Source: Eledone cirrhosa (Eukaryota). Taken from it: a DNA stretch of 64,000 nucleotides. The notes beneath the pieces are model-generated. The model saw nothing but the letters and a program-made list of their open reading frames with translations. It did not search any database and had not been told where the DNA came from. Location of the stretch: positions 373,302,001-373,366,000 of the forward strand of contig OZ024743.1 in NCBI GenBank assembly GCA_964016885.1, written 5' to 3'. Below are positions 13,218-27,400 of the stretch, one piece after another (the first letter of the stretch is position 1; each line of letters opens with the position of its first letter). A program made the position numbers and the translations under genes.

Positions 13218-16200
13218 ACACATATATCGTCTTCTGAGGTGAGTGAAGCTATTATTAATCATCCCCAGATGAAGTAACTTGCAAATTCTTCGTAATTCTT
13301 GAAATGCAGTTATACATCTAACGGACACACTCTGTAGAATAGATATATTTGTGTGTGTGTGAGAGAAAGAGAGAGGTAGATAGACAGGTAGGTTGGCTGG
13401 TAGATAGATCAATACATAAATATATAGGTAGGTAGATAGAAAGATAAACGATAGTGTGATTATCTGTATATGTGGTTGTGTGTATGTATGTGAAGATGTG
13501 GAAATAAGGAAAGGATTATTTACTACAGTACCAATGTATATTCTTTTTACCATTGCATAAGTACAAAGACTCACTCACACACGTATATATATATATATAT
13601 GTATGTGTGGTGTGTTTATGTGTGTGTTTATGTGTGTGTGTGTGTGTGTGTATCTGTTTGCTTATGTGTGTGTGCATATGTGTTACTGTATCTGTGTATG
13701 TGTGCATATGTGTGTGCGTTTATGTCCGTTTGTGTGTCTCGTGATTCTAATGTTGAGTTTGAATTCCATCAGTGCGTTGTGTTCTTGAGCAAGTATTTTA
13801 TTTCGCCTTTCTTCTCTCCACTGAAGTAAAAAAAAGTGTACTCTGCCAGTAAGTCGAAGAACCAATATAGTCCCACCCTGAAACCCTCTGTTATATGTGT
13901 CTATGGAACGCTCAGACACTCTCACCTTAATTTCATGCAGGTCCATTTGAGAAACCTAGCTGGAAGAATCCTCGTCGCAAGTGATAGGGTACCATCATAC
14001 TTATGAACACATAGACACACACATGTTTCAAAGAGAATAGAAGAGATCAATAAAATAAGTACTAGATTTTAAAATATATGTACTGGAATTGAGGTCAAGA
14101 AAATCCTTTAATCATGGTACCCCAACATGGGCACAGTCTAACGTCTGAAACAAGTGCAGGCTGGAGAATTGTTCTTCCTCCTTCAATCTATGGTTCCCCT
14201 CGCTTCTACAGGGAGTGCTTTCAGAATTTGATGACTGTGGTTCGACACATGGAGAAGCCATCTTATTTCATCACGATAACAACTAACCCTAACTGGGATG
14301 AAATAAAAAATAGTTTGCACCCTGGTGAAGAACCTAGAGACCGTCTGATATTTGTGCAAGAGTCTTCGAGATCAAGTATGACAGCCTCATGGATGACATA
14401 CTGAAAAAAAATGTCCTAGGAAAAGTTGTGGCTCATTCTGCTACAATAGAGTGGCAGAAAACGAGGCCTCACTCATGCTCATATTCTGCTGATAATGGCT
14501 GGAGATAGCAATCCCAAAACTGCTGATGCCATTGATCAGGTAGTGTACTGTGAGATTTCTGATAAAGAGACCAATCCAATTCTGCATAAGATCATCACAT
14601 CCTGCAACATTCATGGCCATGTGGACAAGCTAATATGATGTGCTCATGTATGGAAGGGCTAAGACAACAATGCCATTGCTCAAAAAGTTATCCCAAGGCA
14701 TTCAGACAAACCACATTTGTTGCTGAAAATTCCTTTCTGGAGTATAGAAGAAGGGATAGACAGCATGGTGGTCACAGCCATACAATCCAACTTAAAGGTC
14801 AAGAATTTACTGTTGATAATCGTTGGATTGTTCCATACAGCCCTTTCCTCTCATTGAGATATCAGTGCCACATCAATTGTGAGGTTGTCCACAGTGTCAA
14901 GGCTGTTAGTACTTATATAAGTACATCACAAAAGGATCAGACAAGATCCCTTTCACTATTAAGGATGATCAAGGAAATTGTGTCCATGCCCAAAATGAGA
15001 TTGAGACCTATATCAATGCACCGTACATCTCAGCCAGTGAAGCATTCTGGAGAATCTATAAATTTCCATTACATCATTGAAAACCGCCAGTTGAAAAGTT
15101 GCCTTGCCATTTACCTGGGGAACAAATAGTCGTGTATGAGCGAGGGCAGGAAGAAAGTATTGTTTCTAGGGGACAGCCAATGACTAAGTTGACGGAATAT
15201 TTTCAACTGAATATTAGAGATCCCCTCGCACAAAACATTGTATATTGATATTCCTAAATATTTCACTTGGACAAACAAAAAGTGGCCAAGAAGAAAAAAG
15301 GAACATCTGGATGGTGATCAACAATTTATGAGTGAATCTTTTGGACACATTCCAACAGTATCTCTCAGTAAACATCAATCAGGATGATCCTACATCACAA
15401 GGCTGGGTCAACTTCATATTTGAGGACAATTGAAGGAGTTGAATTTCCAACATTCCAAGAAGCATGCAGGAAACTTGGTGTTTTAGATGAAGATGGAGAA
15501 AAAGACAAAGCTATGGAAGAGGCCTCATCCATTACGCTTGGTCCTCAGCTGCGAGAGATCTTCTGCACCATTTTATTGTACAGCATGCCAAATGACCCTC
15601 TGCAGTTCTGGGAGAAATGGAAGAATTGTCTTGCAGAGGATATCCTGCATGAACGTCATGAGCAAATATCCATGCAAACTGTGAAGATTGTTCTACAGAA
15701 GATCCAACAAAGATTTCAACATGATGGCTTGGACATTCATGCCAACTATGGACTTCCTCCGCCAGACCCAACTATTGTTGCCATACCAGAAATCAACAGG
15801 GTTCTTATGGCAGAAACTGATTTCAATACACACCAACTGCAAGCAAACATAAATGAACTTCTGCCAACATTGAATCCTGAGCAACTGGTTATTTTTCATA
15901 AAGTAATCACCTCTGTAAATGAAGGCAGAATTTTCTGCTTGAATGCAAGTGCAGGTACAGGAAAGGCCTACGTCATAAACATCCTATTGGATTACCTCCG
16001 ATCTAAAAAAAAAAAATTGCACTTGCCACTGCCATATCTGGAATAGCAGCCACTTTGCTTCACAAAGGTAGAACTCTTCATTCCAAGTGTAAGATTCCTC
16101 TCAATGTGACTGCTGAATCAACTTGCTTCTTCACAAAGAGGGATGACACAGGTAAACTTATGCAGCAAGCTGACCTGCTAATCATTTATGAGATAGGTAT

Positions 16201-19200
16201 GGGACATAAGCATATCTTTGAATGTCTTGACAGGAGCTTCAAAGATGTTTGAGATTGCAAAAAGCCATTTGGTGGTCTAACAGTATTACTATCTGGCGAC
16301 TGGAAGCAAATTCTTCCAGTTGTACGTCATGGTGCTAGACCACAAATAGTTGTAGCAACCATCAAGAGATCCTATCTCTGGGACTATGGAGATGACAACC
16401 AATCAACGGTTAATTAATGCAAAGGATTCTGATGAAAGACAGTTTGCAAACTACCTTCTTGATGTAGGAAATGGTAACATTCCAACTGTTCCAACTGTAG
16501 GTGCATTCACAGTCCTTCTGCCAAATGAACTTTGTCTGGATTATGGTAATGTGTCTGGACTGTGTGATATTGTGTATACAAATCTTCCAGCAAACTACAC
16601 AAACCCACTATGGCTTGCAAACAGAGCCATTATCACTCCAACAACTGATGCAGCAAGATTGGTGAATGAGTTCATGGTCAACAAGTTCCCTGGTCATGAA
16701 ATAATCTACAGAAGCTCTGATACAGTAGATAATGAACTGCAATATCCATTGAGTTCATCAACAAACTTACCCCATCAGGCATCCCAACACACATACTTAA
16801 ACTGAAGAAAGGCAGTTGCATCATGCTTGTGAGAAATCTGGATCCTCTAAATGGGAATTGCAATGGTACATGTTACATCATCATCAGTTTACATAATCAT
16901 GTAATTGAAGTTGAAGTGACATTGGGTCCCAATGCTGGAACAAGGTTGCTAATGCCAAGGATACCACATGTATCTTAAGAGCTTGAGTTCCCTTTCACCT
17001 TTACTCACAAGCAATTTCCTGTCAAACCAGCCTTTGCCCTTACATGCAACAAGGCACAAGGGCAGACATTTGAAAAGATAGGTGTATATCTACCAACACA
17101 ATTCTCACGTGGTCAGATGTATGTTGCATTATCACGAGTTACAAAAAAAGAAAATTTAAAAATATTAAATGAAAGGTATCTGTTTGCTGACAATTGTGTC
17201 TACAAAGAAACTCTACAGTGATGTGAAACAGCTGTCACTCTCTTTTAGTTGAAATGCATTTCAGTTTCTTTTTAATTGCTAGAAAAGAGACACTACAAAA
17301 ACTTAAGAAGTCTTTATGTGAATACAGTAGACCAACAATATAGCGAAGGTCAACTCTTCATATTGGTAAATGTAATTCATTCATTCATACCAGCAGCATC
17401 TATTTTCAAATTCACTGCTTGAAGCTTCCCATCGACATTCTCAAGTGAAGATTCATGAACATTTTCTGTCAACAGTTTCATCGCTTTTCCATCTCCATTG
17501 AGGGCGGTTCTTCTGCTAGTTTAATATAACAAAGAAAATCATTTGTAGTGTGTACTTGTTTTTTTTTATTACCTTTACTGTGGTTGTGATTGGAGTTGGG
17601 TTAATTCTCCCCCCCCCCCTCCTCCAGAAGAAATCAGCTAAATTCAGACATGGAGAGGGGATGGACTCTGCTAGGTTTAAAGTACTCAAGATGGTGCAAT
17701 CAATATTTATCATTTAATAATTTTAGTAAATACCTATAAATTCTTCAGTAATTCAGGTAAAAAATGGTAATGAAAGGGTTTTAAAACTCCAGTTAGATGA
17801 CTGTCTTACTGTCTGATGCCAGACATTACAGATAATACCATCTATATAATCTTATTACTTCTGTGACTAATTATCTTACCTGACCTTACATTCCGTGATT
17901 AGGAGAATATTTATCCATTTCATGTAGGCAATTTTATATTTTTTGAGCCATCAAATGATCTGCTTTGTCTGTCATTTCTAACTAAACACTCCATTAATTT
18001 TTAGTTTTAGTTCTGTCATGAATTTCTGTTTACTTTCTTTTTCTTCGTCCACTTATTTCTGTGAGGGTTGTAGGGGCAGAGTCCTCAGGCATGCTTTCCA
18101 GAGGGTCTTATCTTTACCCTTTAGCATTTACATTACTCTATATTTACTATTATATTTTCACAGTAAATGCTTTACCTCACATAATTATCTCACATGATAT
18201 CGGATCTATGGGATTTTGATATTTATTTTGAGAACAATCCCTTAACATCAGTATGAGCGGCCGGTTACAGAAAGAGGTGAGGGAATTCTGGCTGGATACG
18301 GCCTGTTTAAATGCTAAAGGGTTAAGCAACAGTTTCCAAATGATTCAGCTGGATCCCCAAGTGAGACCAACCATGCTTATGGATGTTATCCAACCATCTT
18401 GCTCATGGTCTACCTCTGGATAAATCATTGTAAAATCATTCTAGCAATTCTTTCCTTAGACATTCTAACCACATGTCTGCAGTACTGTAGCTGTGATCTC
18501 TCAATGTGGAGAAGCAGCAGGTCTACCTGGATCGACTCCCTGATCTGTGAGCTATCGACCCTATTGATTAATGTTACTCCAAAGATGCTTTGGAAGAACC
18601 CTATTTTGGCAGCATGTATTCACAATCATATTATTTCGGTTATTACCAAAGATTTAACTATAGGTAAGGGTAGGTATGAATTCTGAATTGGATATATATG
18701 TTGCTGAGTACTGATGTGGTTATTAATTTTTAACTAACTGTAATGATGGAACAGAAAATATCTAAAAATGGGTTTGTTCATTCAAATATTTATAAAATTT
18801 TTACTAGTGTACAGATTGTTGTGAAAATTTGCAGTATTAAAGACTTTAATTTTTAATGTTATGTTGCTGTTATAGTGCTGTTTTGTACTTTTCAAGAATG
18901 TCTTGTTAATGCAATTTCATGCAGTACAGGACATTATGAATTAACAGCAATAGAAATCAAATGTCCCTCAATAAGAAGCTGACCACTTCTTTATAACTCT
19001 TAATATCCTGTAATGGTTTAGCAGAAAATATCTAAAACTAGGTTTAATTTAAATGTTTATATGTTGACTATTGGACAGATTGTTGGGAAAATTTGCAGTA
19101 TTAGAATAAAGACTTTAATTTTTAATGTGATGCAGACATAGTGCTGTTTAGTACTTATTAAGAATGTCTTGCTAATGTGGTTTCATGCAGTACAGGATGC

Positions 19201-21382
19201 TAAGAGTTAAAGTGTACTTGATCTGGAAGTTAACTTGATATTTTCTATTTATGTTGGAAAATATTATCTGTCCTGAATTATTAATTTCTCTCCTTCTCTT
19301 TCTCTCACTGGTATGTCTCTCTCTCGAATTATTATCTCTCTTTCTCTCACTAGAATTATTATCTCTTTCTCTCATCAGAATTATTAGTCTCCCTCTCTCT
19401 TTTACATCTGAATTGTTAGTCTCTCTCCCTTTCTCACATCAAAATTATTAGTCTCTCTCTGCCCCTCCCTCTCACATCAGAATTGTTAGTCTCACCCCCC
19501 CCCCCCTCTCGAATTATTATCTCTCTTTATCTTTCTTATTAGAATTATTAGTCTCTCTCTTCACTAGAATTATCTCTCATTCTCTTTGAATTACTAGTCT
19601 CTCTCTCTCTCATCAGAATTATTAGTCTCTCATCTCAACTAAAGCTGTTCCCAGTCACAGCCAGGCAAATAATTGTCAGTAGAATAATTTGTGATTATCC
19701 TCAAACATTCTTCGTTATTCACTCATAACACTTAATTAAGGATTATAATTGTAACTATAGTCACAGGCATAACTGTGTCTTGAAGGAGTTTACTTTGCAA
19801 CCACGTGGTTTTGGGTTCAGTCCTACTGTGTGGCACCTTGGACAAATGTCTTCTACTATATCCTTTGGTTGACCAATGCTTTATGAGTGAAATTTGGTAG
19901 ATAGCTGACTGAATACACACGTGTGTTTCCCCCCACCCCCCATTTTTTCCCTTTATTTTTCTTTTTTACTTTCTATTTATAACTCTTATCTTCTGATGAA
20001 GGATTAGTGTCCGAAATGTTAAGACTCTTTTGCTATTTCATGCATTAAACTTCCATATAGTGTTTTGTTATTTCTGTTTACCTGTTACGCACACACACTC
20101 ACACGCGCACACCTTTGTGTGAAAAAAAAATGCTGAGAAATATTTCTATCAAAACAACCAATGCTGTCTTCATGTCCAGAATTTTTCATTTACATTTGTT
20201 TGAATTACAGAGGATGATATGAATAGCGCCAGTGATGAATGTTGTTAAGAGAAATGGAATGAGATGATTGAGTCATGTGTTGAGAAAAGATGAAAGTGAC
20301 TGGGTGAGAGGAATGATGGAAATGAGTGTAGAAAGAGGTAGATGAAGACAAAAAAGAAATGACATTGCTAAAGATGACAGGGAAAAGGGAATGGTGTGGG
20401 AGGTATACAATGAATAGAGTGGGTGGAGTGGAGAAACTTGTCATAGGGCCTTGCACCACAAGTCTTACCCTTGCTTTAACAATGGTATAGCAGAATATAT
20501 CTAAAAACAAGTTTAATTCAAATATTTACAATATCTTTAATAGTTGATGGATTATTGTGAAAATTAGCAATATTAGAATAAAGACTTTTTATTGTGATGC
20601 AGTCATAGTGCTGTTTTGTACTAAGTGTTTATCGTATCTTTACTAGCAGATAGAGCATTGTGAAAATTTGCAGTCAAAAGGTTGTGAGTTCAATTCTCAG
20701 ACCGGGTGATGTGTTGTTTCCTTGAGCAAAACACTTTATTTCACATTCCTCCAGTTTACTCAGCTGTAGAAATGAGATGATAGGACTGGGGTCCATATCA
20801 TTCCACTGCAAAGTGGTCGTGGAGGTGCTACGGCAAAAAAGCACCCAGCACTCACTGTAAATGAGGTTGGTGTTAGGAAGGGCATCCAGCTGTAGAAATC
20901 AAGCCAGAATCAGTTCCCGTCCCACCCTTGCAAGCAGGGAAAAGTGGACGTAAAATGAAAATGAAATGAAATGAAATGTAATGTAAGGACTTCAATTTTT
21001 ATTGGGATGCAGTCATGCTGTTTTGTGCTTTTCAAGAAGGTTTTGCTAATGAGGTAGTTTAAAAACGAGGTGTTTTTTTTCTTTTCTTTAGTAAAACTCT
21101 CTATCTCTCTTAAAGAAATAAATATGCATATATGTTGTTCATTCTTATTTCAGATTTATCTCATTGTGAAACTAGATTATCATTATTCCTGGAAGGTTTT
21201 GAATTTCATGTATATAATCGATCACTTCGGTATTCCTTACTGGAGAAACTCTTTGGTTTGGAACCCGACATGATTCCAGAAGAGGAGAAAGAAGAGGATA
21301 CTGGCGTCGACACTATAGAAGATAATAAAAAGTAAGTCTTGATTTACTACCACTACCACCTCTACTACTACCACCACCACCT

Positions 21383-21413
<31 letters not shown>

Positions 21414-24400
21414 CTATTCCAAACTGCACTAAAGGTACCCAAGGACCAGGTGGTGGTGCTAAACTGGGCAACACATCAAGTTTACTACTTACAATATCTG
21501 AGAGAAACTGTTTTGTTATGTGTCTGTGTATAGGAGCCTATTTCTCTACATATTGCATTGAACATTTGTTTTTTTTATTTAACCCCTTTGTTACTAGATT
21601 TCTGATGAAATACATTACCGATGTGTTTTAACTAATTCGATAAATAATAAAAAAAAAATGGAGGAATTTAGTAAAGTAACAAACTGCTTCATTACTAATC
21701 TATTGTTTAGGGTGGTGGGTTGGCGTTATAGGTAAGGTGACAGACAGAATGCTTCGCGGTATTTAGTTAAGTTTTTCTACATTCTTAGTTCAAATCCCAC
21801 CAAGGTCAACTTTGCTTTCCATCCTTCTGAAGTCAATAAAATAAAGTACCAGCTAAGTACTGGGGTCAGTATAATTGACTTTCCAAATTGCTGGCCTTGT
21901 GTCAATATTAGAAAGAATGATTAATTTAATGTTCAGAGCATTACTTAATAAAAAGTTCTTAATATAAAATTATGAAGGAAGGTTTTAATACAAGTATGAC
22001 CACTTTAAAACATACAGTTTCACATCATTGGATGAAGTGTAGATTCATATGGGTTGGTATCAAAAGGGTTAAAAAAACTATTAGTAAAATGGATTTTCTT
22101 CAGTTTCAACAATGTGTGCCCCAGTTGATTATTTGACACAAGGACCTTTTCATTAAATTAATGTGTATTAATCTTTCTTTGTCTCTATAACATAATTTTT
22201 ATTTCTGTGTATCTCTGGTAGGCAACTAAAAGGGTTAGCACCAGGAAGGGCATCTGGCTGTAAAATATTGGCTCAGAAAGTACTCCATGATGAGTAATAT
22301 GATGGGCTTGTAAGGTTAATCTTTGCTTTAGCTGGGAAAATGGTCTTAAAATGTCTGTTGTTGTTGTTTCTATAACATTATTTCTCTTGTTTCTGTTGCA
22401 GTAATGTAGAATCCAAAAGATCTCTTCACTGGAGAGATTTAATACCTGTGATAAAAGTAGATATTAATTCTGTGAGTATAAAGACTATGAATTATTTCTT
22501 AACCCCCACCTCCTGAAAAGAAAAAAAAATCTTATTTTTTAAATGTAGTAATTTGATTCATATTATCTCTAATGACATAAGTGATGTAGCACAGGGAGGA
22601 GGGGTGGTAGCATTTGAGTTGGTGATAATCATCATCATCATCAATCATTTAGTAAAATATGAACAATTAAATATATTTGTATTGCATGGGTAGACAAGAA
22701 TACTGACATCTTGAATAAAGCCTTTCACTCGAGAAAGAAAATTTTCATGGTAGGATTGTGATTACAAGATGTAAACCTGTATTATCAGGTCTACCATCTT
22801 ATTGTCATTTACATCATCATCAACAACTTTATCATCATTGGTTATCACTGTCATCAACTTCATTATCATTGGCAACTTCTTTGTCATTGCCATCATCGCT
22901 GTCATCATCATCAACATCATCAGTGTTTGTGTATGACAGACAGGATATGACATTAAACTGCATCCCGTGGCATGGCTCTAGTTTGGGAGTTCAGGAGCTG
23001 TGGGGAATGTGGAGTTAGTTGTCATCATTCCCAGGTCTGCTCTAGCCCGGAGCAGTAGCTCCTGTTATGGGTTAAATAATTACCTTCCTTGAGTGGCACC
23101 GGTAAGGTGTTATCAGTCATTGAAAAGAACCATGGAGAGTATAATTAACAGTACTAGGAGTAGAGCCACTCACTACACTGTCAAGTAGTCAGGTTATTAT
23201 GGCTCTGCTGGTTTAGAGCCACAAGGAGGGCCAGTGGATGAGACACAACAGAAAAATATCTTGAGAAATTTACCTGCCCTAGATAAATGGACAGGCATGG
23301 TGGCCATGAGATTTTGATATCAGCAACAATGGGGATTATAAAAATATAACTTGGTTTTCCTGATTCACAAAAATAATTTTCTTTCCAATTTCTTTTCTTT
23401 TTTCTTTTATTTTTTCTTTTATTTTCCAGGCTAAAATAATTTTTGGGAATTATCTTATTCCTACTACATTAACTGTAAATTTCGATGAAGCTCATATTGT
23501 ATATACAACAAAGCCTGCCTCTACACCATTTGATCAGTTTATGCATGTAATGAAGTGTCGAGCTGAAAATGCACGAGTTATGTTGGTGCCCAGCCCCAAG
23601 TATAATGGTCCTGTTGATGTGTGAGTTGTATTGTCTGTTTCTATTTTTTATTAATAAGAACATCGGACAGCAAGGTTTGCGGCATAGAGTTATGGCCTTT
23701 TGTGTTCTGAGTTCAAATCCTGCTGAGGTTAGCTTTGCTTTTCATCCTTACGGGATTGAGGAAATAAAGTGCCAGTCATGTACTGGGGTCGATTTAATTG
23801 ACTTTCCCCTCTCCCAAAATTATTGGCCTTGTGTCTATATCAGAAACCAATATTACTTTGAAGTGAGATGGATTGGTAGAATTGGTAGAGCATCAGATCA
23901 AAGACCATTGATGATGCTATTTGTTCTGGCTCTTTCCAATCTGAGTTGAAATTCTACAACTGTCAATTTTGTCTTTCATTCTTCCAGGTTTGATAAAATA
24001 AAGTACCAGTCAATTTAATCAACTTTAAAATAAAGTACATGTCAATTTAATCAACTTTAAAATACAGTACATGTCAATTTAAACAACTTTGGAATACAGT
24101 ACATGTCAATTTAATCAACTTTAAAATAAAGTACATGTCAATTTAATCAACTTTAAAATAAAGTACTTGTCAATTTAATCAACTTTAAAATACAGTACAT
24201 GTCAATTTAAACAACTTTGGAATACAGTACATGTCAATTTAATCAACTTTAAAATAAAGTACATGTCAATTTAAACAACTTTGGAATACAGTACATGTCA
24301 ATTTAATCAACTTTGGAATACAGTACATGTCAATTTAATCAACTTTAAAATAAAGTACATGTCAATTTAATCAACTTTAAAATAAAGTACCAGTCAATTT

Positions 24401-27400
24401 AATCAACTTTAAAATAAAGTACCAGTCAATTTAATCAACTTTAAAATAAAGTACCAGTCAATTTAATCAACTTTAAAATAAAGTACCAGTCAATTTAATC
24501 AACTTTAAAATAAAGTACATGTCAATTTAATCAACTTTAAAATAAAGTACATGTCAATTTAAACAACTTTGGAATACAGTACATGTCAATTTAATCAACT
24601 TTGAAATACAGTACATGCCAATTTAATCAACTTTGAAATAAAGTACATGTCAATTTAAACAACTTTGGAATACAGTACATGTCAATTTAATCAACTTTGA
24701 AATACAGTACATGTCAATTTAATCAACTTTAAAATAAAGTACATGTCAATTTAAACAACTTTGAAATACAGTACATGTCAATTTAATCAACTTTGAAATA
24801 CAGTACATGCCAATTTAATCAACTTTGAAATAAAGTACATGTCAATTTAATCAATTTTATAATAAAGTACATGTCAATTTACTTAAACTTTCTCTCTGCT
24901 AAAATTGCTGGCCTTGTGCCTAAATTGGAAGAGACTTGGATAAAATGCCATTGTGCTATTTGTTCTGGCTCTTTACATTGTTCAAATCCCTCTAAGGTTA
25001 ACTTTGGTTTTCATCCTTCTAGGCATGATACATTAAGAACCAGTCAAGTATTGGGGTTGGTTTTATCAATTTTATCCTTTCGCCCAATTTACTGGCCTTG
25101 TGCCTAATTAGAAATCAATACTTTTCGTTTTTGTTTCCCAAGCAAGACCAGCAAAGTTCATAGATGTTAACCAACCATCTTGCTCAGGGCCTACCCCTGG
25201 GTCTCCTACTGGTTGGTTTTGCCCATAAAATCTGTCCAGCGATTCTTTCCATAGTATCAGAGCTTATACAGTGTTTATATTTATTTAAATTTATTTTATT
25301 TTATTTTATTTATTTAAATTTATTTATTTATAGTTATTTAAATATTATTTGTAAATTACAGGAGTGTCTTATTAGTAATATGTTAATGAAAGGATTAGAT
25401 ATTTACATTTTACCATTTCTTTTCCTATACAATTCTTGTCTTTAAAAAAAACTTGATGCATATTCTTCATATTAGACCCTGTTTTTTATGCTCTATTTAC
25501 AGACCTCCTCGCAATATGGGTGAGGGATTTGTGGTGCTTCAATCTCGAGATGTTGAAATGTATTATTATATGGATGAACCAGGTAGGTTTTCCACTACTT
25601 CTAGTCCTAATTCTTCTTTTGTCATGTCTTGTTTACTTTCTGATGTATATAGGTAATTGAACAAAGAACAGTAATTTATAAATGTTTACTTTGATACAAT
25701 GAAGCACAATAAACTGTTGAACTGAAGTGAGCATATAATGATAATATGGAACATAATTCCGTGGTGACAGAATTGTGTACTCCTCAAACTGTCAGGCTAT
25801 TTCGAACCTGTTGGATAGAATTATTTAGCCCCGTTTAGCTGAAACATAATATATAGGTAAAAACATGGGCACATGTGAAATACATGATTGTGATATGATT
25901 GGTTGTAGTTAAATAATTAAACAGCACTGGTTAGATAACACTCAATATGAGTTCAATACATAAAATTTTTTTTTGGCGAGGACACTTGTTTATTGGAATT
26001 AGCTTTGCCCAGGGAAAGATTTGGACTGTTACATCAATTCAAGGAACATTCAGTAATTCCACAGTGCTGCCACTGTATTAATTTTAACATCCTGTATCAC
26101 ATGAAACCAAATTATCAAGACATTATTAAAAAGTACAAAACAGCACTATGGCTGCATTACACAAAAATTAAAGTATTTTACTGCTAATTTTCATTAGGCT
26201 GGTGCTTATCCCAGTTTTCATGGTGTTAAGTGACTGAGAGTACAATACTGCTCCCTGGACAGGATGCCAGTCCATCATAGGGTTAAACTCCCAGCTGTTG
26301 CTGGAACTCATTTTCAGTTGAGTATACTGGAGCAATGTAAGATGAAGTGTTTTTCTCAAGAGCACAACACACAAACCAATCCAGGAATTGAACTCGTGAT
26401 GTTATGGTCGTAAGTCGAACATCCTTACCACTAGCCTACATGCCTCCACACACACATCTATATATATATATACATATATACATACATACATATACAAGAT
26501 ACCTATACACTCATACACTGCAGTGTCTGATGTCTAATGTAGTGTTAACATTTTGTTTGTTCTTTACAATTTAGACTCCCCATTTGTGATTCTCTGGCAT
26601 ATCATCATCACCATATAGTGACTATTTTCCATGCTTGCATGGGTTAGATGGGCTGTCACGTTATAAGGTTAGACAGGTCAGGTGATCATGTCTTGTTCAT
26701 ATATTCTAATTTTAGCCTGGTTTTCTAAGGTTGGATGTCCTTCCTAACTCTAACCACATTATAGTGTGTACTGGAAGCTTTTGAGGTGACATAGGACTAT
26801 GATTTTACAGTGTGGATTTGGTACATTTTGTTGTGGCACCAGCACACTCACCATATAGGGTAGACTGAGTGCTTTTTGTTGTGGCACCAGTACATAGCTG
26901 ACAAATTGTAGTAATCATTATAAACACATAGCAACAATGTTTTAAGGCCATTTTCTCTGTTACTGCAGAGGTTAACTTTGCAAGCCCTATGCCAAACTTT
27001 ATACTCACTATACACTATAAAGAGAAAACATGTTTCTTAATTGACATGAGAATTCCATTAGATTGTAACATCACCTTGAAAAAATTTGGAAAGCTCAGTA
27101 AGTATAAAGATCTATCAATTAAAATTGAGGAAATGTGACATCTAAAGGCCTGTACAATACCAGTGATAGTCGGCACACTTAGAATGATAAAAAAGGGAAC
27201 TGAAAAATATCTGGACTGGATACCTGGAAAGTCATCTCTACAAGAGATAAAGAAAATAATGCTTATTGGCGCTGTCCATGTCCTGAGAAGGGCATTATCA
27301 ATTTAAAAACCTTGCAAAGACATTTACTGTTGTTTGTGCCCTTGTGGCATCATTTGTGTGACAATTGATTGTAAAATGTGTGTATAATCAAATTTTGCCT

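Larger units (their letters stand above)
12127..17519 (+). mobile_element. Putative full extent of the Helitron (A|TC ... CTAG|T)
   Basis: Helitron-like start a|tctaaactataataaagc at 12127; ...gggcggttcttctgCTAG|t at 17516-17519, 300 bp after the helicase stop. Boundaries are inferred. Confidence 0.5.

Noticed and set aside
14114-17221. Host PIF1 helicase gene or active Helitron
   Set aside because: Fused to Helitron Rep motifs, intronless, and broken by many stops and frameshifts.
23995-24880. CRISPR-like array (32-bp repeat)
   Set aside because: Units are contiguous with no unique spacers, derive from a SINE, and there are no cas genes; the context is a eukaryotic intron.
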